NCBI GenBank assembly: GCA_001179505.1
Contig: CDMY01000979.1
Coordinates: forward strand, 1 to 7,454
Direction: 5' to 3'
Length of the DNA stretch: 7,454 bases
Origin: Vitrella brassicaformis CCMP3155
Lineage: Eukaryota; Protista; Chromerida
Shown: positions 1-7,382 of the stretch, one piece after another
Layout: every line of letters begins with the position of its first letter
Numbering within the stretch: position 1 is the first letter of the stretch
Notes under the pieces: model-generated
Told to the model about the DNA's origin: nothing
Database searches by the model: none
Seen by the model: the letters and a program-made list of their open reading frames with translations, nothing else
Position numbers and translations under genes: made by a program

Positions 1-84
1 GCCAGCGAACGACTGACGCCAGCTGTGGTAGTCGCTCTCTTTGCCGCTGAAGCGAGGAGGGTTGGTGGCGATGCCATCGGCCAT
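1..84 (-). CDS. gag: Partial gag (N-terminus) of a Ty1/copia-like LTR retrotransposon, running off the left edge
   Basis: Minus-strand ATG at 84-82 (context AAGATGG, first Met after an in-frame TAA) gives MADGIATNPPRFSGKESDYHSWRQSFAG. PxFxGxxxxYxxWxxxF resembles the N-terminal motif of LTR-retrotransposon Gag proteins. It starts about 135 nt downstream of a PBS-like motif. Only 28 codons are visible. Confidence 0.6.
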   Translation of the reverse strand, partial: MADGIATNPPRFSGKESDYHSWRQSFAG

Positions 85-218
85 CTTGTACCACAACTCA
101 CTGTGTGGCACTTGTTGGATGACGTCACGTTACTCGGTCATCATCACCGGGAAGATGGTGTCTCGTCAGATGGTGAGGGAAGGCACGCCACATGGCTCAT
201 CACACCGGAGGTGCGCGT

Positions 219-226
219 TCATAACC
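219..226 (-). promoter_or_regulatory. Putative primer-binding site of the copia half-tRNA-Met type (GGTTATGA)
   Basis: Minus strand reads CTCCAACT|GGTTATGAACGCG. Drosophila copia-type elements start their internal region with GGTTATG, complementary to the tRNA-iMet anticodon loop, right after an LTR ending in CAACA. Here only about 8 nt match and the LTR end is CAACT. Confidence 0.45.
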
Positions 227-596
227 AGTTGGAGTATCAGCAGTAGCTCGGGGTAGCGAGTAGGAATGTGACGAAGCCGAAAGAAGCATTCAGTGACGAC
301 GGAGCACGCAAGCTTGGGTCCACGCGCATCACAAGTCATGTCTCGTAGATCTCGCCCGTGTAACTCGGTCTCCGCTCTAACTGATTGGAAGCTGCTTCTA
401 CGCTCCAGCGACCTGAAAAGCCGATTTGAGTCTGCCAGTGCACCCTTCTTGTCGCCATGTGTGTGGCAGGGGGGAGCGTCAAGCATCGCACCATCAGTCA
501 GGGCACACAATGACTCATCGCAGGTGGGCAGATCTGGCACAGTAATGACGGTGAAGGGGAGATCAAAGCATCCGTTGCGTTATCTCTCTCATTCAG

Positions 597-967
597 ATGT
601 TGGCTTGAGGGCACGACAGAGGAGAGGATAGGAGGCAGTGAGATTCGGTACACGTCAGCGCAGAAGAGGTGCGGGACGCCAACCCTTACGCACTCGTCTT
701 CGGACAGCACAGAGAGAGCACAGAGAGAGCACCAATCCGTGGTGAGGTTCGGGACCTGCACCGGGAGGCTCAGCGGGCGTGGGAGCGTCGTGAAGCGGCG
801 GATTCAGAGGAAATGAAGACTTGTTCCGGCAGGTGCTGAAGAGGTTGATTCAGCGGAATGACATCGACGTCATGAGCGTCTCCATGCCCATGGGCGGCGG
901 CTGCCACTTCCTCCCCGTCGCCATGGACGTGCTGACTGACCACGCCCACTCATCCAGGACGTGCTGA
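597..967 (+). pseudogene. Frameshifted exon relic of an unknown protein
   Basis: Acceptor-like TCTCTCTCATTCAG| ends at 596. Protein-like segments follow in three successive frames: CWLEGTTEERIGGSEIRYTSA, then EEVRDANPYALVFGQH..PIRGEVRDLHREAQRAWERREAA, then GFRGNEDLFRQVLKRLIQRNDIDVMSVSMPMGGGCHFLPVAMDVL. Shifts fall near 660 and 800, with a stop at 965-967. The coding judgement is by eye. Confidence 0.4.
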
Positions 968-988
968 CTGACCACGCCCACTCATCCA
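925..988 (+). repeat. Perfect 32-bp tandem duplication
   Basis: GGACGTGCTGACTGACCACGCCCACTCATCCA occurs at 925-956 and 957-988. Confidence 0.95.
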
Positions 989-1037
989 GCAGAATCCGTC
1001 CCCCACTGCACAGCCATCCCCCCCCCTTCACCCTAAG

Positions 1038-1333
1038 CCGAGGCGATAGATACGTACTGGTGGGTTTATACCCTGTGGCAAACATTCGTACTCGAGGAAC
1101 GCTTCTGGTCAAGTCGCTCCCTTTCTGCGGGTACACATTGAGCAATCTCCCGTCTCACCCCCTGGAGTGTGCCTCTCTGTGCGTCGTCAGGTGCTTCTGC
1201 TGGTGGTGGTGGTGCTTGCTTGACGCGTGAGTAAGAAGAGAATCGTCCTGTCTATCCCTTTCCTCAATACATTTGCCCTTCCTTTCCATTCTCAGGTGAC
1301 AGAAGCTCCTCTTGTGCTGTGGGGTGGTCGCGA
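1038..1333 (+). CDS. Three small spliced exons (1038-1130, 1191-1226, 1296-1333) of an unknown protein or gene relic
   Basis: GT-AG introns at 1131-1190 (GTACAC..GTCAG) and 1227-1295 (GTGAGT..pyrimidine tract..CTCAG), both phase 1. The joined frame is open: EAIDTYWWVYTLWQTFVLEERFWSSRSLSAGASAGGGGACLTRDRSSSCAVGWSR. No start codon was identified, and the link to the 597-967 relic is unresolved. Confidence 0.35.
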
Positions 1334-1412
1334 GTGACATACACACACACCCCTCACATAGATCTGGCTCACTGACTATCAATTACATCAGCACGGCTGC
1401 ACGAGGACACAC

Positions 1413-1439
1413 ATGGATGGATGGATGGATGGATGGATG
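1413..1439 (+). repeat. (ATGG)n microsatellite
   Basis: ATGG repeated about 6.75 times. Confidence 0.95.
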
Positions 1440-1800
1440 CTCATGAACACCCCGTTTTGCTGGTGGCGTAGATTTTCCTTGCGCCTGTCGTGCGGTCACA
1501 CGGTCACGGACGCTGCATTGCAATGGAGCACCTGATTCGGAACGGTCAAAAGGTCAAACCGAAGCAATGGCCGTGCATAGGGACTCTCTCGGGGCCGGCT
1601 GTCGTCATGTCTTTAGCCGATCTCTGTGTGCTCAAGACACATCGCATGCCGCTCACTCTGTCGACAGACCAGCAGCTGATATATGACGGAATGGCTGGCT
1701 TGGCTGATGCGTGCTGAAGAGTTCCATGACTCTGACGCATGAGTCATTCGGGTTATGGCTTCGTCTTTTTGTTCGTGCGTCTCTCTGCTCTGTGTAACAA

Positions 1801-1880
1801 TCCCTCCCTTCCTCCCTCCCTCCCTCCCTCCCTCCCTCGCCCTCTCCCTCTCCCTCTCTGTCTGTCTGTGTGTCTGTCTG
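1801..1880 (+). repeat. Compound pyrimidine-rich microsatellite: (TCCC)n, (CTCCCT)n, (TCTG)n
   Basis: Directly visible in the sequence. Confidence 0.9.
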
Positions 1881-2003
1881 GGTAGATATCCGCCCGTCCT
1901 CATGGCTGGCTGCCTGTGGGTGTGGCTGGGTCATCTTGTGTGCTGGCCCTTTTTGATGTGATGCTTTTCGGCCGGTGTGTGAGTGTGTCTGGTGGAGTGC
2001 GTC

Positions 2004-2029
2004 TGTGTGTGTGTGTGTGTGTGTGTGTG
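2004..2029 (+). repeat. (TG)13 microsatellite
   Basis: 26 nt of alternating TG. Confidence 0.95.
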
Positions 2030-2543
2030 CCGTGACGGACCGGTGCATTCGTCTGTCAGACTCATTCAACGGGAAGTCACTCACTCACCACTCATGCAGG
2101 CCAGGCGGCCACTCACAATGACACAATGTGAAGCGTCTGTGGTGTGGGCGGACACTCATCGCCACACCACACCATACACATGAAAGACAATGAAGAAGTG
2201 CGGCCAGGCGAACAACGATCCAGCGGTCCATCCATCCAGCTGCACACTGGGACCGGAATGGACAAGGCCCGGCATGCAGGACACACAACTCAATCGAGCG
2301 CGTAAGTCAGTCGCGTGCACCGCCACACACGCCAAGTTCATGTGTACGAGTCAGCTCCGTGCAGGCATAGTACTGTAGGAGGGCGACGACTGATGCGCAT
2401 GTGTATCATTCAATCAGAGCGTGTGCAGTTCTATGAGCAGCGTCATCCGTCACCATCCCCCATCCGTCCATCGACAAATGCATGCATCCATCCGACAGTC
2501 AGTCAATTGCGCCAGCTGCCCCTCACCCAATCTACGTGTGGAG

Positions 2544-2779
2544 TCACTTACGCCGTCTGAAGCACAACTCGAGGCTCGGCTGTGTGTCGTGTGAAGAAGT
2601 GTGAAAGCTGCCCGTCTTCCCACCAGGGAATCGTCGGAAATACTCCTTTCTGATCTCACGCAGCACTCCTATGTCGCGGTCCGCAGCTCTGAAGGCAATT
2701 CTTAGCTCTCGAATGCCTCTGACGGTGAGGATAGACTCAACACTTGACAGCACACCAACGCCAGCGCCCGCATTTGCCA
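2544..2779 (-). CDS. Terminal or penultimate exon 9 of the LRR-like gene
   Basis: Acceptor TGTATGCAG|TG at 2780, phase 1. Reads VANAGAGVGVLSSVESILTVRGIRELRIAF..LELCFRRRK, with the stop at 2546-2544. Confidence 0.75.
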
Positions 2780-5404
2780 CTGCATACAGACACACCAGAT
2801 AGTCAGACGAGTCGGGCACCTTCACTGTCATTTCCGTCCGGCTTACCGTACAGACGTAGCCGCACGGTTTCGATCTCGGGCAGCTGGTCCTTCTCATTGC
2901 CCCACATCAGCTCTTCTCCGCCCACACCGTCCACATCGGCCGTAATGCTCATCTCGATGAGCGCCTTCTCTGGCCCAGCCGCCCGAAGCATGGCCACCAC
3001 ATCAGTCGTCGTGACCCGGGACGAGTCCGATGAGACCGAGAACACCGCCACTCTGTCGAGCTGCGGCATCTTTGTGACCAGCAGAGACCCGACCTCCCAA
3101 GCCCCACGGCCGTCAACATGCAGACGTCTGGCTGCGGGGAACGCATCAGCTGACATGTTGTGCAGGACGGCGGGGGTTGGCAGGGGGGCCGCTGTGGCGC
3201 CGAGGGGGCTGACCGACACTTCCACGGTGTGCGCCGAGGGGAAGTGCAGAGTGTGGAAGAGGTCCATCTCGGCTCGCGTGGGAATATCAAGCAGCACCAG
3301 CTCCTCGGGGCGGGATGCGTCGACTTTCCACTCGACGGTCGTGGCCCGGCTGGCGATGCGGCTGAATGTGTTGGTGAAGAGGGGCGAAGGGCTGGCCGGC
3401 ACTGTGGCGGGGAGGTGGAGGTGGAGCTGCATTTCGTCTGGCAGGTGTGGCGTTTCGATGGAGATGTCTGTGTGGGTGCCGAGCGCCGCCCGCAGGCGAT
3501 CGACTGCCGACAGGAGGCGAGGAGCTCACGGGAGTCGACAGTGCTCTTATCGATCTCGATCTCGAGCACGAAGGGGATAGAGCGGATCGACCGGCACTTG
3601 TGGCGCACCAGCAGATCCTGAGGGAAGGAGAGCATCGGACATGGTGACTAAGGCTGTCTCTTTATGGGGGTCATTTCTTACCCGAAGTCTGTCCAAATCA
3701 AACGCCAACGCAAACCCACAAGAGAGCTGAATTTCGAGGGTGCCGATGGTCTCGAGTGCGGCCGGCCGCTTTACCGTTGGCAGCACCGCCGCCATCACAC
3801 CCATGCTCGTGCACACATCGAGGCACTTGAGGCGCTCGGACGTGGGGATAAACATGCCCGCCAAGCATCCGTTTCTGTCCCTCCAGTCGCCCGTCAGCCG
3901 CTCGAGTGCCGGCATGCGCCACTGCCTGACGTATATATCCCAGACCTGCTGTCCGTGGAGGCCGACGATGGTGGTCAGCGCAGGAATGGTGATGAGGGCG
4001 GGGAGTGCCGTGGTATAGAGATCCGGAAAGTAAGTGGAGTGAGTAAAGCGGGCTGGTGGACGAGCGGCAAGTCCCTCGAAGATGATGGTGTGGAGCGATC
4101 CTTTGTCGGTCGGGCCGTGTTGCTTGGTAATGGGCTCGCCGGTGCTGCTGGCCCGCTGCCTCCTCTCCCTTCTCGCCAGTGCTTCGCGGCCCTCTACGTG
4201 CCCCTCGACAATGGACACCCACGCCACGTGTGACCACGACGGATCGCCTGAGGGATAGCGCACCACCAGCGTCTTGAGGTTGACCAGCCGCCGCCCCAGC
4301 CTGCGGGCTACGTTATGGGGCATCCGATCCCACATCCGCGCATCGTCATCGGCCCAGTGGATGGCGTAGCGCCCGGTAGAGGACGGCGACAGCTGCATGG
4401 TGCCCTTGCTGAGGAGGCGATGGCCGAGCTGCCAGGGGGGCGAGAAGCTCATGACGTGGGACAGCTCCAGCGGTGATATGCGATACTGAGCCTGACATAC
4501 AGACCACACAAATGCAGAAAAGCAAATGGAAAGGATCACTTCGTTAATGTCGTTAGAATCGGCGGGATACGTACCGGTCCGTCGTTGTATGCCGGTATGT
4601 CGCCCCTCTGGACCAAACGGAACAAGTTGCCCTCCAGCCGCGGGTCGTGCTGTACACATCACACAGGCCGTGCAGGGAATGTCATTGCCAATCCGCCCCC
4701 TGCCAGTTATTTCCGTGTGCCTGCCTGGAATCTTATGGTCTGTAGCGTTGAAAAGCCGCGCGACACGGCAGCTTTGGCGTCGTCCAGGGCATCACTCAGC
4801 TGCTGGTACAGCGACTGGAGGGGCTGAATGAATGCCACACAGCAAAGTGACAATGTAACGATGACGGCCTGCCGTATCGATGTCGGTTCTGACCTCATCC
4901 ATGATGAGCTGCGGCGGTGCAGCCTGCACCGCAACGAGCATCTGAAGGCACCGACACAGCGGAGGACCACTCATGGCAGCCTATTATACACTGTCCAGAG
5001 GACACACACATGAAATCACCTGGGAGAGCATCGTGACGAACTCCACGCCCTTCGCCGCCTGATGAAATGAAACATCGCCAGGAGGAAAGTGGATGCTGCT
5101 GTCGGCGTGGCACACGAGTTTGAGTGGCGTGGAGGTTCACCTGCTCAGTGCCTTGATCATTATCGTGATGCGATGCTCCTGCCTCCATGGATCCCTCCCG
5201 CCGTGAGTCACTGAGATGCGATCGATGCTGCCATGAGCTGAAAGGAACAGAGCAGAAAGCAACAACAGCAGAGTGGTGACGAGCGTTTGTTCCTTTCGGT
5301 GCTCAAGGCCCTCGCTGCGAACGTTGCTCCGTCCATCTCACACTCATCTCATCTCACCTTTGGCAATTAAGTCCTTCGAGTACAATCCTTCCAGTGCGAC
5401 GCAT
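2544..5404 (-). CDS. Nine-exon gene for an uncharacterised degenerate LRR-like protein (about 740 aa; about 708 aa from the alternative Met at 5188), interrupted by one 1-bp frameshift
   Basis: Exons: 5404-5358, 5237-5141, 5058-5020, 4941-4894, 4823-4725, 4649-4575, 4491-3682, 3617-2847 (frameshift about 3513), 2779-2544. Introns are 120, 82, 78, 70, 75 (GC-AG), 83, 64 and 67 nt with matching phases. Joined junctions read: DQGTEQ|AAKGVEFVTMLSQ|MLVAVQAAPPQLIMDE|PLQSLYQQL..LQTIRFQ|HDPRLEG..YNDGP|AQYRISP..LDRLR|DLLVRHK..LRLY|VANAGAG. Repeated xPxLxxLxV-like motifs occur. The start codon and last exon are uncertain. Confidence 0.8.
2847..3617 (-). CDS. Exon 8 of the LRR-like gene, containing the frameshift
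   Basis: Starts CCCTCAG|GAT (frame of track ORF 2949..3635), switches near 3513 to the frame of ORF 2803..3432 (AVDRLRAALG..MQLHLH..) and ends TAC G|GTAAGC. It is 771 nt, but 3n+1 is needed to match the flanking phases. Confidence 0.8.
3682..4491 (-). CDS. Largest exon (exon 7, 270 codons) of the LRR-like gene
   Basis: Core of track ORF 3547..4662. Bounded by TATGTCAG|GCT at 4491 and CGG|GTAAGA at 3682, phase 0 at both ends. Confidence 0.85.
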
Positions 5405-5610
5405 CCTTCCGTCGGGCACCAAAACAGGAAGGTGTATCTGCGAGCTTTGCAAGCTTAAGAAATCAAAGCGAAAATCGCTTTCTCGCTTTGCCCACACAAT
5501 CTTTCTCCCTCAATCTCTACGAGGCGACGCAGTGAAGGTACTCAGCCGATAAAATCGGAAAACGAATTTGCCACTGTTGAGAAAATCGGCAGTTCGATCC
5601 TCACTCAATC
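5405..5610. promoter_or_regulatory. Putative promoter/upstream region with repeated AAAATCG motifs
   Basis: Lower-GC, microsatellite-free tract immediately upstream of the minus-strand gene. AAAATCG at 5471, 5551 and 5582. The function is inferred from position only. Confidence 0.3.
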
Positions 5611-5968
5611 GGCTTCTGCGGCCGCTGCCGAGGGCCTGTTGGGCTGCCCGGGGCGCTGGGCGGCCTCTTGACGGCCGCTGTGGCCGGTCCGAGGGGCAAA
5701 AAGACGAAGACAATGAATCGCTTTCGCCATCAGCACATTCGGCTGGGGTGTGTGTGTGTGCGGTGGCGTCAAGTATCGGCTCGTATGCATAGCGCCATGC
5801 AGTGCGGTCAGCACGGCGGAGGTCTGGCAAGTCACGCTAACACAATGAAGACAGCGCAGGGTGCAATGGGCGACACCTAGCTGTCTATCGTCTCATCATC
5901 ACGTCACAGTCCATCCGTCCGTCACTCAACCGTTTTGGCTGGCTGCATTCAACCCTTGCATCCCTCAG

Positions 5969-6120
5969 ATCATACAACACACTCCTCCGCAGACCAGATC
6001 TGGTGACTGGTGCAGCACTTGGTCTCCAGCGAGGGACGCCGGAAGGACCTGATGAGCGAACCTGATGAGAGCGGAAGTAGTGATGCGACCGTTACCGCTC
6101 TCATCACGACGTTCGCATGA
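5969..6120 (+). pseudogene. Possible plus-strand exon relic with an internal stop
   Basis: Acceptor-like CATCCCTCAG| ends at 5968. The frame reads DHTTHSSADQIW*LVQHLVSSEGRRKDLMSEPDESGSSDATVTALITTFA*, with TGA at 6004-6006. It competes with a minus-strand intron reading of the same DNA. Confidence 0.2.
6056..6116. other. 61-nt inverted repeat / hairpin (6-bp plus 12-bp stems)
   Basis: GCGAAC (6056-6061) pairs with GTTCGC (6111-6116). TGATGAGAGCGG (6063-6074) pairs perfectly with CCGCTCTCATCA (6095-6106). The loop is 20 nt. Confidence 0.85.
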
Positions 6121-6269
6121 GTGCGTGTGCGCACCTGAGTTGGCTTCCCTTGTTCATACCCTTGTCATCACCTGAAAACGACACATTGACTGTCCCGTGG
6201 GTCCCATCCATCGCGTACCGAATGCCAAGTGATCGCCGACGGAATGAACAGGACCGCCGCACCCTCCCC

Positions 6270-6300
6270 CCACCATGCTGTGCTGCTGGCGGGGGACGAC
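6270..6300 (+). repeat. Inverted repeat, left arm
   Basis: CCACCATGCTGTGCTGCTGGCGGGGGACGAC is the reverse complement of 6640-6669 except for one extra G. Confidence 0.95.
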
Positions 6301-6639
6301 CTCCACTCTATCTCTCTCCCTCTCTGTGTCTGTGTGTGTCTGCATACCTTGTCATCCGCAGATCCCCTCGCTCATGCGACCTCAATCGAGGCCATTGCAT
6401 GCCCACCTTTGCGCGCAAGCGTGTCGAGCGGCGTGAGTGTCGCCGCAAGAGTCTTGAACTCGCGAATCTGGGAAGGGGAGAGCCGGGAACCAAGGGACGT
6501 GGACCACACACCAAGGAACCTCAACCGAGGCTGTGCTTGGGCGCTGCCACACACTTGAACAACACCCACACCCACAGACAACACACACACAGACACGGAC
6601 CAGAAGGACGCCATCCACTCAGATGCCGTGCGCTGGTGT

Positions 6640-6669
6640 GTCGTCCCCGCCAGCAGCACAGCATGGTGG
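6640..6669 (-). repeat. Inverted repeat, right arm
   Basis: GTCGTCCCCGCCAGCAGCACAGCATGGTGG has a reverse complement matching 6270-6300 at 30 of 31 nt. Confidence 0.95.
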
Positions 6670-6873
6670 CAGACGGCTGGCAGCATGACGGATGCGCGTG
6701 TCGTCAGCCCAGACCTTGGCCACACCATCCGCACTCGTGCAAGACTGGTGCTCATGAGCGCAGCTGGCGACGCTGAGAGGACGCCAATGTCAGTGCCTCC
6801 TCGAGCAATAGCAGACAGACATCTGTGCATCGGCAACACACACAGACACACACACAGAGAGGAGATGCATGAG

Positions 6874-7382
6874 TGTTGTCATACGTCGGGAGCTGAATCT
6901 TTGCCGTGGAAGCTGTGTCCACGGGAGGACCGCCAGCGACTGTGCATGTGATTTCAGCTTGGGCCAACTGGGATGGGATGTCCATGCGGTTGCTTTGGTC
7001 GGTGCGAAGGTATGTAGTCTCCGGTCATGGGATTTCGGTCGTCGGTCGCTTTGCGTTGGTTGTGTGCGAAAAGGCCGGTGAGGACCTTTCCTGTAGTTAG
7101 CTGAATAGAGGATCTGCTGGGCGGTAAGTCCCAGAGTAAGAGTGCAGCTTTTACTTTAATAAGACCGATGGACTGGCCAGTCAGTCAAAGTTGTTTCTGT
7201 CCATCTATGGCATCATGAAGGGTGGTCAACACAGATCTCACTTCGGTGATGGCTGATAAGATCGTGTCTCCTCAGAATGCTTTCCTTGTCTTTCCTTGTC
7301 TTCTCCTCTCTCCGTTACACAGCAATCTACCCTAGCTCACAAGCTCGCAGTGGTTCGTCTTGCCAAGCTGGCAATCCTGACA
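6874..7382 (-). repeat. 3' LTR, about 509 bp (TG...CA); alternative end at 6877
   Basis: Starts TGTCAGG at 7382, right after the PPT. Ends in either TGACA (6877, a 5-bp terminal inverted repeat) or TGACAACA (6874). Contains ATTAAA (7160-7155, candidate poly(A) signal) and a 10-bp tandem duplication TTTCCTTGTC at 7281-7300. Confidence 0.6.

Larger units (their letters stand above)
1..470 (-). mobile_element. 5' end of a Ty1/copia-like LTR retrotransposon (5' LTR from 227 upward, leader, gag start); outer boundary uncertain
   Basis: Order on the minus strand: LTR-like end (CCAAC at 232-228), PBS (226-219), leader, gag ATG (84). The outer TG boundary cannot be fixed. 470 is approximate, chosen because intron/exon-like sequence of a plus-strand relic appears beyond it. 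Confidence 0.5.
6135..6822 (-). pseudogene. Decayed multi-exon gene fragment (exons 6822-6715, 6543-6348, possibly 6171-6135), cut off upstream by the LTR
   Basis: Splice sites: GATGCACAG|ATG at 6822, CCAAG|GTCTGG at 6715, GTGGCAG|C at 6543, GACAAG|GTATGC(ACAC..) at 6348 and TTTTCAG| at 6171. The spliced frame reads CLSAIARGGTDIGVLSAS..VWPSAQAQPRLRFLGVWSTSLGSRLSPSQIREFKTLAATLTPLDTLARKGGHAMASIEVA*ARGSADDK, with TGA at 6374-6372. The product is unknown. Confidence 0.45.

Noticed and set aside
115-206. C/D snoRNA-like box order on the minus strand (GTGATGA..CTGA..GTGATGA..GTGA) in the retrotransposon leader
   Set aside because: Box D is non-canonical, there is no terminal stem, and the best rRNA complementarity I could recall is only about 9 nt. 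It is more simply a short CCGG-TGATGA repeat.
25-631. Track ORFs at 25..246, 41..256, 166..540 and 293..631
   Set aside because: They overlap the inferred LTR, PBS and leader, and show no recognisable domain.
925-988. Direct repeats as a possible CRISPR array
   Set aside because: There are only two adjacent copies, with no spacer and no cas genes, in a eukaryotic context.
1494-1556. Two pairs of GGTCA direct repeats with 8-nt period (1494/1502 and 1544/1552)
   Set aside because: They resemble nuclear-receptor half-sites, but such short words arise by chance and that factor family is not expected in this kind of organism.
1726-1747. Short inverted repeat ATGACTC/GAGTCAT, and similarly the palindrome ACCAGATCTGGT at 5993-6004
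   Set aside because: Stems of 6-7 bp are expected by chance in 7.4 kb and have no supporting context.
1751-1758. Second PBS-like word GGTTATGG on the plus strand
   Set aside because: It is not preceded by an LTR-like CA end and is followed by microsatellites rather than gag.
1613-2183. Track ORFs with THTH, CVCV or REREG runs
   Set aside because: These are translation artefacts of microsatellites. Scattered splice-like motifs exist on the plus strand, but no consistent gene model could be built.
2744-3621. Long plus-strand ORFs (278, 153 and 66 aa) and the 4.0-kb-region plus ORF 3664..4233
   Set aside because: These are antisense shadows of the GC-rich minus-strand exons. They have Ser/Arg/Gly-rich composition and no supporting splice structure.
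6049-6110. Hammerhead ribozyme suggested by CTGATGA cores
   Set aside because: No GAAA follows a closable stem II on either strand, and no stem I/III arrangement exists.
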